IMG/VR virus record: IMGVR_UViG_3300023176_005522
Location: 1 to 33,173 of that record
Reading direction: 5' to 3' (one strand)
Source of the DNA: a virus
Taxonomy: Duplodnaviria > Caudoviricetes
Length of the DNA: 33,173 nt
Position numbers and translations under genes: made by a program. Below, one piece after another: positions 16,504 to 25,500 of this stretch. Position 1 is the stretch's first letter. Each line of letters begins with the position of its first letter. Under the pieces are notes generated by a model. It made no database searches. It worked only from the letters and a program-made list of their open reading frames with translations, and had not been told where the DNA came from.

Positions 16504-16832
16504 TGGTTCGCCTCAATTAGCACACTTGCATTCACAGTGAATGCATCTGATTTTTCTGCTTTTACTCTAAGCCCATCGCCAGTTAATAGATAAATCTTAT
16601 TATCCTTAACTAGGTCAACTGATTCATTAGGAAACACTTTGTAATTGTAAGCAATATTTGTTACATCACCGTTTGAATGTTCAACTTCTAGTGTAATTGG
16701 CATTGCACTGCCATACACATTTGTTACATAAACACTGTGAATAAAGTGTTGTCCACTTTGCATGTTACTGACCAGTGCAGTACCAGTCGCTGTGTCGATT
16801 GTGTCTGTTTTATAAACCGTAAAAGTTGGCAT
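16500..16832 (-). CDS. Small beta-rich hypothetical virion protein
   Basis: 110 aa with AGGA RBS and late motif upstream; KIYL..GD.LRV......F....S pattern. Confidence 0.7.
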   Translation of the reverse strand: MPTFTVYKTDTIDTATGTALVSNMQSGQHFIHSVYVTNVYGSAMPITLEVEHSNGDVTNIAYNYKVFPNESVDLVKDNKIYLLTGDGLRVKAEKSDAFTVNASVLIEANQ

Positions 16833-16850
16833 TTGTTTTCCTATTTTATA

Positions 16851-16858
16851 TATTTATT
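16851..16858 (-). promoter_or_regulatory. Late promoter motif AATAAATA
   Basis: 19 nt before the ATG at 16832; overlaps the upstream stop. Confidence 0.55.
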
Positions 16859-18683
16859 ACAAATTTAAATATCCGAACAGTGCATTACCACCACCGCCGC
16901 CTGCGCCCGGAACCCATTCGGCTGTGTTTGCATCGTATACTAATGCTTGTCCGTTTGTAGGTGGATTTGTGTTGATGTCTACGTCACTTAAATCTCCAAG
17001 TGCAGTTGCAAATGCAGGAGCATTTTTAACATAACTCCACTGTATGTCTCCCAAAAACTCGTCTGCTTGTACTTGTGCTAGTGTATAGCCAGTTGCTGTT
17101 GTATCAACTGTGCTGGTTGCTGCAAAACTCTGTGTACTATTGGTAAAGAATTTAAAACGTCCATCTGTAGCATCTCTAAAAACACCGCTGGCTCTATCAA
17201 CACCGCTTTGTTCATACAAACCTACAAAACCTGTGTCAATATTTGCACTGGGTGTATCGTTTAATAGTATAAGAGGGTCTTGGCTACTAATCGTTGTAAC
17301 ATTGTTAATAGTCTGTGTGCCAGTAATTGTGATATCACCAACTTCAATACTGTTAAATGTTACATCATCTTTGTTGTAAATGTTGTCCCAATCTACACGA
17401 CCTTCAAATTCGTATGCAACTACTGTGCCGCCTGTGTAGCTAGCATGTGTTTTGTCTAGTGTTGTTCCTACTGCTGGTGTATAGTTGGTATAAAAGTTAA
17501 ACTTTCCGTCACTAGCATCTCTGAATATACCTGCTGTTCTGTTTGCACCATCATTGTAATTGTAAATTGTACCAATATCAATAAAGTCAGCAGTGTTACC
17601 ATCTGCTAAAAATATTTTACTATCTGTAACTGTTAGTGTAGTTTGGTTAACTGTTGTAGTTGTACCTGCAACGTTTAAGTCGCCTGAAATGTCAACATTT
17701 CGTGCATCAATATCTCTAACAACAATGTCTTGAACAAGTCCGCTTGCTAAGTGCTGATCTACCTTAGCATTTGTATAGTAAAGATTAGTACTACCTTCAG
17801 TTAAGTCGTCTGTGGTCTTGGCTGCAAATGCAGTATTAAAGTCATTTTGACTAAACGTTGTGCCTGGAACAAAATTACTGCCGTTCCAAACCAGTGCTTC
17901 TCCATTCCCAGGAGTCACTGTGGTAATATCAACGTCTTGTAAGTCGCCTACACTTGTAAGAGCAATAGCTGCATCAAAATCAGTTTGACTAAAGCTGTCT
18001 CCTGCTATCCATTCTCCAGCCGCAGTATCATATATCAGTGCTTGTCCGTCTAGTGGAAAAGTTGATAAGTTAACATCACCTAAACTGTCTAAGTTGTGAT
18101 TAGCAATACTGAAAACTGTAGCATCAAGTGTTTTGTTAAAAACCCAACGATCAGTTACAGCATTGTACAGTAAAGTAGCATTTGCACCAGCTACTCTAAT
18201 TCCTGCACCATTTGCACCTGCTGCACTAACAGCATCTTTGGCAATTACAATTTCTTTATCACTAACGGCTAGTGTGGTACTGTTTACAGTGGTTGTAGTA
18301 CCATCTACTTGCAAGTTACCAGCAACAACCAGTGTTCCTGTGTTATCTCCTACACCTGCAGGATCAATAACAAAAGTAGCAGGACCTGCAATATATCCAG
18401 TTGTAACTATATTGCCCGCAGTGCCGCCTGCCAGAAAACTGTTTACTCTAGTGTCTGTATAGTAAAGATTGGTAGTACCTTCGGCAAGTCCGTCTGTATC
18501 TGCTGGACCACCGCCGCCACTTGCGGCTATACGTGCATCTACTCTAGCATCTGTATAATATAAATTAGTACTGCCTTCAGTTACTGAATCAGTATCCAAA
18601 GCAATAGCAATAATATCGCCTGTTGTTTGATCTACGTCTAACTGATTGGCTAAACCAGCAAGTTCGAAATTTTTACTCACCAT
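16857..18683 (-). CDS. Tail fibre-like protein
   Basis: TD.L.EG.TNLYYT repeats (x3), L.DL.DV...P..GQAL.Y/W repeats (x3), GNL.V.GTTTTVN modules and two G.FRDA.DG.F.F modules. Confidence 0.75.
   Translation of the reverse strand: MVSKNFELAGLANQLDVDQTTGDIIAIALDTDSVTEGSTNLYYTDARVDARIAASGGGGPADTDGLAEGTTNLYYTDTRVNSFLAGGTAGNIVTTGYIAGPATFVIDPAGVGDNTGTLVVAGNLQVDGTTTTVNSTTLAVSDKEIVIAKDAVSAAGANGAGIRVAGANATLLYNAVTDRWVFNKTLDATVFSIANHNLDSLGDVNLSTFPLDGQALIYDTAAGEWIAGDSFSQTDFDAAIALTSVGDLQDVDITTVTPGNGEALVWNGSNFVPGTTFSQNDFNTAFAAKTTDDLTEGSTNLYYTNAKVDQHLASGLVQDIVVRDIDARNVDISGDLNVAGTTTTVNQTTLTVTDSKIFLADGNTADFIDIGTIYNYNDGANRTAGIFRDASDGKFNFYTNYTPAVGTTLDKTHASYTGGTVVAYEFEGRVDWDNIYNKDDVTFNSIEVGDITITGTQTINNVTTISSQDPLILLNDTPSANIDTGFVGLYEQSGVDRASGVFRDATDGRFKFFTNSTQSFAATSTVDTTATGYTLAQVQADEFLGDIQWSYVKNAPAFATALGDLSDVDINTNPPTNGQALVYDANTAEWVPGAGGGGGNALFGYLNL
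18529..18583. repeat. 55-bp direct repeat, copy 1 (copy 2 at 20692-20746)
   Basis: atacgtgcatctactctagcatctgt...ttcagtta; 52/55 identical by manual alignment; encodes TEGSTNL(Y/F)YTDARVDARI. Confidence 0.85.
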
Positions 18684-18708
18684 AATATGTGTCCTAGTCT
18701 GCTACACA

Positions 18709-18716
18709 TATTTATC
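18709..18716 (-). promoter_or_regulatory. Late promoter motif GATAAATA
   Basis: 26 nt before the ATG at 18683; within a 15-mer identical to 22000-22014. Confidence 0.7.
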
Positions 18717-18733
18717 GTTATGCCAGCAAATTA

Positions 18734-20374
18734 TTAATACAGCATGTAGACCCTGCCGTTTTGACCGTTTGTACCGTTTCCGTTGGTACCGCCTGTACCG
18801 CCTGTACCTGCTGCGCCTCTGATAGTAGCTTCATCGTTTGCATAACCAGTAGGTACTGTAGCTACGCTACTTGCAAGATTACTGTTATAATAACTAGATC
18901 CCCCGCTGCCACCTCCGCCGCCGGAATCAGCTACACCACCTTGACTTCCTGGACCGCCTCCACCTCCGTACCAGCCGCCTCCACCGCCTCCGCCTCCGGC
19001 GCCGTTAGCCTGTGTACAGTTTCCTGCTGATCCACCTGACAATGCTCCTCCTGCACTTCCTGCATTAGAAGAACTTGTACCAGATCCTCCGCTGCCACCT
19101 GTGTTTTGTGTTCCTCCTGTTGATCCACTGCCTGTAGTTCTTCCTGCACCAGCAGTTCCGCCCGACTGCCAGCCACCAGAGCCGCCTGCCATTGCAGTGT
19201 CTCCGCCGCCACTGTTGTTTTGGTCAAAGCCACCGCCTCCGCCGCCGCCGCCGGCTACTAAAACATAGCTGTTGTTTATTTTAATATAGCTAAAGCCGCC
19301 ACCAGAGCCACCTCCGCCTCCACTTGTGGCATCTTGCCCTTGGCCACCGCGGCCACCGCCAGTATTGTTTGTAGATGCAATAGTTGTACCACTATATCCA
19401 TAACCGCCAAAACTTCCTGCTCTGTATTCGATAACATCACCTTCACTTACAGAAAGAACCGCTCCTATGTAATTTCCATCGCCGCCATCTCCGGTTTTTT
19501 GCGGTCCGCCTGTTCCGCCGCCGCCTCCGCCGGCTCCCCACATATGCGCTTGAATAGATGTGACTCCAGCTGGAACATTAAATGTTTGAGCAGTTGTACT
19601 TGTAGTGTTAATTTCTACAGGTACTGCTATTGTAATACTAAAAGCTCTATCTGCTGTTTGATTGTATACACTGTTTGTTGCTCTTACCGTAAATGGAGAA
19701 GTAGTAGTGTTTGTTGGATTAGTAGCATTTCCACTGATTATTCCAGTTGCTGAATCAAGACTTAAACCCGAGGGCAAACTTCCACTTACAACAGAATAAC
19801 TCATAGTTCCACCACTGTCGTCAGTTGCCAATAGTGTGATACTAATACCAGTGGTCTGACCAGGATAGTTGAATGTTCCCAAAGAACCTGATGATGTACT
19901 CCATTGAACTGTTTGGTCTACACTGTCATTGTTGTCATATGTCGCTTCGTCGCCGCTTGGATTTGTAACTTTAATTAAATAAGTTCCTGCTGAATAATTC
20001 ACAGCGGCAGCGTTAGTATCAGCAGTTAGTTGTGTTGAACTTACAAATGTAGTTGTTAACTCTCTTGCAACATTGCCTGTAGCAGTTCCTAGAACAGACA
20101 CTACACTGGTACTTTTAAATGCACTACCTGATATAGTAAGTGTACTGTCTACATTTTCAAATATCACACCACTAACATTGGTAATGCTTGGCGGCGGTGA
20201 TACACTTGCCCATCCTGCTTGCGAATAAAATTCAGCAGCATCTTCGCTACTATTAAATCGCAAAGTTCCTACGGTAGGCACTGAAGCTCGTTGTAAGGTT
20301 GTACCAACAGGTATATTAATACCCTCAGTTCCTCCAAATACATTTTTGTTTTTAATATCTCTGTAATTTGCCAT
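18734..20374 (-). CDS. Gly-rich tail-tip/adhesin-like protein with IPT- and putative Ig-like domains
   Basis: IPVGTT.QR....G.LRFN (fibre joint motif), YSVVSGSLPSGLSLDS.TG.ISG (He_PIG-like), then FNVPAGV..I....WGAGGGG and a Gly-rich C-terminus. Confidence 0.75.
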   Translation of the reverse strand: MANYRDIKNKNVFGGTEGINIPVGTTLQRASVPTVGTLRFNSSEDAAEFYSQAGWASVSPPPSITNVSGVIFENVDSTLTISGSAFKSTSVVSVLGTATGNVARELTTTFVSSTQLTADTNAAAVNYSAGTYLIKVTNPSGDEATYDNNDSVDQTVQWSTSSGSLGTFNYPGQTTGISITLLATDDSGGTMSYSVVSGSLPSGLSLDSATGIISGNATNPTNTTTSPFTVRATNSVYNQTADRAFSITIAVPVEINTTSTTAQTFNVPAGVTSIQAHMWGAGGGGGGTGGPQKTGDGGDGNYIGAVLSVSEGDVIEYRAGSFGGYGYSGTTIASTNNTGGGRGGQGQDATSGGGGGSGGGFSYIKINNSYVLVAGGGGGGGGFDQNNSGGGDTAMAGGSGGWQSGGTAGAGRTTGSGSTGGTQNTGGSGGSGTSSSNAGSAGGALSGGSAGNCTQANGAGGGGGGGGWYGGGGGPGSQGGVADSGGGGGSGGSSYYNSNLASSVATVPTGYANDEATIRGAAGTGGTGGTNGNGTNGQNGRVYMLY

Positions 20375-20375
20375 G

Positions 20376-21980
20376 TTAAACCTCTAGAATCTTCCATCCA
20401 TATGTTGCACCACTATATACCATACTAAATGCTGCATTGTTATCACTTATAACTAGACTGTTAGTGTCTCCGTTTATTTTAAGTCCATTTGGATCTAACG
20501 ATAAATCATTTGTTGCAAAAGTGCCAGCTAAATCAACTATTGTAAACTCATCACCTACGTTGATACCTACTGTAGGTAAAACCAAAACAATTTGTCCTAG
20601 TGTTGTATCTACAAAATATTTTCCAGATGCAGATAATGTAGTACCTGTGTCAGTGTTTACAAGTGTAGTCCAGCTTGGACTAAAACTAGAAATACGTGCA
20701 TCTACTCTAGCATCTGTGTAAAATAAATTAGTACTACCTTCAGTTAAGTCATCTGTGTTTGTTGTGCCCGCTTGTTGCCACGTAGTTCCGTCCCAGATAT
20801 AAAGTATGTTAGTATCTGTAGCAAATGCTTGATCACCTGCATTGTTATTTGTTAGTGGCAAATAAGTGCTATCGTCATATACATTAACTTTAGCAATAAC
20901 CGTTGAGCCATCTTCAACAACTAGTTCTGCAGTACCTGCAACTTCACGTATTTTATTTTCAAAGCTAGGTGTATTTTCTACATATGTTGCCAAATCTTGC
21001 GGAACAAATGTATTAGTACTAGCATCATACACAAGACACATTTGATTAACAAGACTTGGAATAGGACGTAGCTCAATAGGAGTTTTATGTCCTTCTTGAT
21101 CATGTTGTGCATATACTACATAATTACCATTGATGTTTGTTTCAACAGCTAAATCTTTAATAGTAATTGCTCCACGCATTACACTGTGATTTCCGCATTG
21201 ATAATAAAGAGTATCAGGTGCATCGTTTGGAACAGTAAATGTTATTGTGCCACTAGCAGTGCGTGATCCAGTAACACCGTCTGTATATTCTCCAAAGTAT
21301 GTGCCTGCACTAAAGTTAGTGCCGTTATCTGTTGTCAAATAAAATGGATGACCTGTTGCTGTAATATTAAACGTATAGGTGCCACCTCTGCGCAAAGGTC
21401 CTATGTTAGGATTATCTCCAGTACGTGGTCCACTAAATGTATAAGCACCTGCTCCATTATTGGTAACTGTATAAGTTACTGTGGGTGCAGTTAGTGTAGG
21501 TAAAGTAATTGTGCTAGGTACACTGATACTCAACCGCTGTACAGTGGTATCTGCGCCACCGTTTATATCAGGATGACTGTCAGTAAAAGTACCTTGATCT
21601 GTTACCCAACTAATATTATTTTGTGTACCAGCACCATCAATCCATTTAAAATGAATTGAATGCGTTTGTGTCATTGAACCGTACTGTGTCGCAGCAAAAT
21701 TGTTAACAGTATACGTGCCTTGTTTGTATAAAGGAACATTTACTTCTGGACTGTTAGTAATAGTTCTACGTGCATATGGAAGTGTACTTTGCTCCCAAGT
21801 CCATAACCAAGTTGTATCAGCGCCTGCGTCTGGGGCTGCAACTTGTATTTCAAGTACTTCAGGTGCAATAGAAAGATTTACATCACTGAGTTTTTCAATT
21901 GGTATACTGTTAGCTGCAATACTGTCACTTGTAATAGCATTGTCTTCAATTGCTTCACCTGAAATTTTATTGATAGGCAT
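20376..21980 (-). CDS. Tail/baseplate-associated protein with cupredoxin-like motif and C-terminal fibre module
   Basis: PLRRGGTYTF...GHPFYL...VP.DAPDTLYYQCGNH..M.G, TDDLTEGSTNL, and C-terminal YFVDT....LP....GD....D...F.TN......VY.....GW. Confidence 0.75.
   Translation of the reverse strand: MPINKISGEAIEDNAITSDSIAANSIPIEKLSDVNLSIAPEVLEIQVAAPDAGADTTWLWTWEQSTLPYARRTITNSPEVNVPLYKQGTYTVNNFAATQYGSMTQTHSIHFKWIDGAGTQNNISWVTDQGTFTDSHPDINGGADTTVQRLSISVPSTITLPTLTAPTVTYTVTNNGAGAYTFSGPRTGDNPNIGPLRRGGTYTFNITATGHPFYLTTDNGTNFSAGTYFGEYTDGVTGSRTASGTITFTVPNDAPDTLYYQCGNHSVMRGAITIKDLAVETNINGNYVVYAQHDQEGHKTPIELRPIPSLVNQMCLVYDASTNTFVPQDLATYVENTPSFENKIREVAGTAELVVEDGSTVIAKVNVYDDSTYLPLTNNNAGDQAFATDTNILYIWDGTTWQQAGTTNTDDLTEGSTNLFYTDARVDARISSFSPSWTTLVNTDTGTTLSASGKYFVDTTLGQIVLVLPTVGINVGDEFTIVDLAGTFATNDLSLDPNGLKINGDTNSLVISDNNAAFSMVYSGATYGWKILEV
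20692..20746. repeat. 55-bp direct repeat, copy 2
   Basis: Matches 18529-18583; the first 26 bp are identical. Confidence 0.85.
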
Positions 21981-21998
21981 GTGTTTTCCTTGAAATCG

Positions 21999-22469
21999 TT
22001 ACACATATTTATCGAAATATTCCTTTGCTATCGAAGTTTCACAAGTAACCAGTTTAATACAAGGATCACTCACATGTCTAGTAGTATTTCCTTGTATCAG
22101 AAAACAATCTTGCATTTTTACAGGATAGCTTTGATTGTTAACTTTTATACTGTAATCTTGTACTAAAGGAATGTAAGCACCAATACAAACAGGTTTTAAA
22201 TCAGTTGATTTGATATGTTTACACAATATATCTTGTTTGATGTTTTCGTTTTGTAAAATTTCTACACTAAAGATATAGGGAGATTCCCAAAAATCTTTAA
22301 ACAAGTCGTCTAACTTGGTAATAACATACGAGCTCCATGGAGCTGTAATCATATTGTTTGGTTTTTTAATATCGCTGTGATACCATTGAGCTATTTTTTC
22401 AATTTGAGATTGATCATATAGATCAGTTAGCTGACAATATCCATGTTGAATTATCTGAGATTTAATCAA
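21999..22469 (-). CDS. Hypothetical protein, possibly degenerate PhyH-like dioxygenase fold
   Basis: TTG start with GGAGG RBS and its own promoter. GY..L..L, IGAYIPL and D..L..G.T.H echo PhyH-like proteins, but no clear HxD motif is present. Confidence 0.5.
   Translation of the reverse strand: MIKSQIIQHGYCQLTDLYDQSQIEKIAQWYHSDIKKPNNMITAPWSSYVITKLDDLFKDFWESPYIFSVEILQNENIKQDILCKHIKSTDLKPVCIGAYIPLVQDYSIKVNNQSYPVKMQDCFLIQGNTTRHVSDPCIKLVTCETSIAKEYFDKYV
22006..22013 (-). promoter_or_regulatory. Late promoter motif GATAAATA
   Basis: 26 nt before the ATG at 21980; embedded in the last codons of the 156-aa ORF. Confidence 0.7.
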
Positions 22470-22470
22470 G

Positions 22471-22506
22471 AATATACCTCCACTAATAATATAGCAGAGG
22501 TATATT
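22471..22506. promoter_or_regulatory. 10-bp perfect inverted repeat covering the RBS
   Basis: aatatacctc (22471-22480), 16-nt spacer, gaggtatatt (22497-22506). Confidence 0.6.
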
Positions 22507-22516
22507 TTGTTGTCAA
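22488..22516 (-). promoter_or_regulatory. Sigma70-type promoter for the 156-aa ORF
   Basis: TTGACA (22516-22511), 17 nt, TATATT (22493-22488). Confidence 0.7.
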
Positions 22517-22517
22517 G

Positions 22518-25500
22518 TTAGGCTTGTGATTCTGTCCATGTAATTTTACCACTAACGAACAGTGGCGATGTGCCACTAATTGTTGAAGTATCTTGCGGCT
22601 GAATTGCAATTGTGATCAAGTCAGGTCCACTTGGGAAAATACTATCGCCGCCTAGTATACTGTTACCCATATCAATCAATTCTCCCAATTCAATGTCCAA
22701 CGATCCTACAGAAACTTTAGTACTGTAAACAACTGTACCTTGTTGAATCAAATCACCAGCATCATGTCTAATAATCTCACTCAAACTTGGACTTTGTACT
22801 TTTTCAAAATCTAAGTTACTTGGCAAACCGTTTAGAATTACAAACGCTTCCAAGTCTTGGTTAGTTGTAATACCAGCACGTCTCAATGTCAATTGCATTC
22901 TATTAATAATATCACGTTCACCTACTGCGCCAGTAACACCACTATCGACACTAGGTGCTAGTCTCAAACTTACAAGAGGAATAGGTCTAGTCAAGTCAAT
23001 TAGTGTTGTTTCACCCAATGTAAACACCGTACCGCTGTTAATAGTTGCATCATCTGGGTCACCTGCGGTTCCTGGATAACTTGCATAAATTTTACTGCTA
23101 GCTCCGTTAACAATAACCTGTGCTACATATGTGCCTTCTGGAATATTAGTATTGCTAGGATCACGAATCAATGAACCAACTGTAGTACTTGAAGCATCTT
23201 GTTCACTTACCGGAATTGCATATACAAATACACGACTGTTGTTCAAAGTAATCTGTTCAAAAGTTGTATTACCTGTGCTGGTAACAGTAGTACTTGCACC
23301 GTTAGTAAATGCAAATGGATTACTGCTACTTGAGAACAAATATGCTTTATCGTCATCAAACGTACCGTCCATGATCACCGATGTACCAAAGTGGAACAGT
23401 GTAGGAGCAGTGTTTGGATTAACGCCGTTTTCAATTTCATATCTACCAGGCAAGTTACCTGAACGGAAATAACTTTCTAAAAGTCTGTTGTTGTGAACAA
23501 ATTCGTGTACATATTTAACATGACCATTTTGATCTTTGAATCCAAATCTAATTTTACCAGCACCATACCAAGAGTAATCAGCATATGCCATTTGAATTTT
23601 ATTAATATCTAATACAAATCCATGTGTTCCTGATCCGTCGCAAGGATCAATACTCCAATCTCTCTGTGCTACTTTTGTATCTATAGTTTTAGTTATTTTA
23701 ACATTAGTAGCACTTACGCCTCTGTATGCAGGTTGAATAACGATTCTGTTATCTGATCCTACTTCTACTACTTTGTATGTTTGTCCTCGAATTACTACAT
23801 TGTTGCCAAAATTTAACTGAGTACTAAAACTAGTACTAACACCTGTTACAACTTGACTGTGTTGTGTAGTATTAACATACCCACTGAGTTGCAATGTACT
23901 ACTACGTCTTACAGCATACAAATCTGTTCCATCATATTCGTAAAAGAATCCATTTTGATCATCAAACATGCCAGCACGTACAAAGCTGTCTCTCCAGCCT
24001 TTTCTAGCATAACTAGGAATACCACTTGCTTTCTTTTGTACAGGACTGTCTAAAACTTCGTAAGTAAAACTGTAGGGACTTTCAATTGTAGCAACTTCGT
24101 AGATACCGTTGTAAGGGTTTTCTCCCGTTTCAACTTCAGCTTCGTAAATTTCAATTTGCTCACCTGCGCTGAGATTATGAATTTCTTGTGTGGTCACTGT
24201 CATTGTTGTACCACTGTTGGTAATACTGTCAACAATTCTAGTTGGACTAAAGTTAATAGCAAAACTGTTTTGAATACCTTTACCTGACTGATAACGGAAA
24301 TATTTACGAGTTTGTCTTGTTACTTTACAATTAGGACTAGTTCCTGCTGTAATATCAATACCGCCATCAAACGGTTTATGCAAACTAAATCCATCGGGTC
24401 TAGGTATTGCCTGTGTAATAAAGTAATAATCACCGGCTGTAACTGTAGTTGGAACTTCAGTTGTTAGCTCCATAAGTTCATCTGTTAAAACTTTTTCAAC
24501 TTCAAATTTTTGCATGAATCCATTACAAATAACCCAAAATTCATCAAAGCGTTTAAATTCTGATAAAAATGAAGTACCATTACCTACTACTGTATCAAGT
24601 CCATTTGTATTAATAGTCACAGTGCCGCCGCCTTGAATACTTTTTACAACATTAAGAGTGCTTATTTGATGCGACCCAACTTGATTTGTCAAAGGAATTT
24701 TTGCTCCGTTTATTGCATCTAGATAACTTGTAGCAAATGCAATAGTAGTATTATCAATCACAATAACATACACATCTGGATGTTCAGTTGTATCAAACAA
24801 ATCACTTGCAGGAGATATAGCAGCGTATGTTACTTTTTCACCTGTAATCAAATTGTGATGTCCTGTTGCTTGTAATTGTATGGTCTCTGCTACATCATCA
24901 ACTTCTGCATCAGTAAAACCATAAACTCTATCAGGAATTTTGAAGTCTGTTGTCAAGGTCATCTGATTACTACTTGGTGTAGTATCTACAGTATAAATTC
25001 CGTCATATGCACCTGTAATACTTTGTGCAGCAAACGTGCTTTGTCCTGTGCCGGCAGAACTTAAAACAATACTACCTGCTTGTCCTGTAACAGTAAATCT
25101 TATTTCCCATTCGTATGTCATACCACCTTGCGGGAAACCATTTCCGTCTACCACAGTTGATGTTGGGTCAGCTTCGACAGTAAATCCAATAATTCCACCA
25201 CCAATGTCTTTGAGTACTGAACTGATATCTTTTGGACTCCAGTTTGTTTCTTCTTGCCATTGGCTACTTCTAGCACCATTGACACCTACGTCAAATATGT
25301 AACCATCTTCGAAAGTGAGAGTTACAAATTCATCACGTTGGTTAAAATCACCTCTGAATTCAACTTTGGTAATAGTCGCGGTTGAAGGATCAACCAGTCC
25401 TAATGGTGTTTCAATATCTATATCAAAGTTAGTAGCAACACTACTGTTATTACCAATAATACCAGTTAATGCACTAGCGGCGGCTGTAACAGTTGTACTA

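Noticed and set aside
18760-19540. GC-rich ccgccg/ccacc runs here, at 10840-11610 and at 29320-29950 as possible repeats, foreign DNA or G-quadruplex elements
   Set aside because: Fully explained by poly-glycine codons on the minus strand.
22471-22510. Rho-independent terminator call for the inverted repeat
   Set aside because: The stem is AT-rich with a 16-nt loop and has no U-tract on the transcribed (minus) strand. It is kept only as a possible regulatory hairpin.
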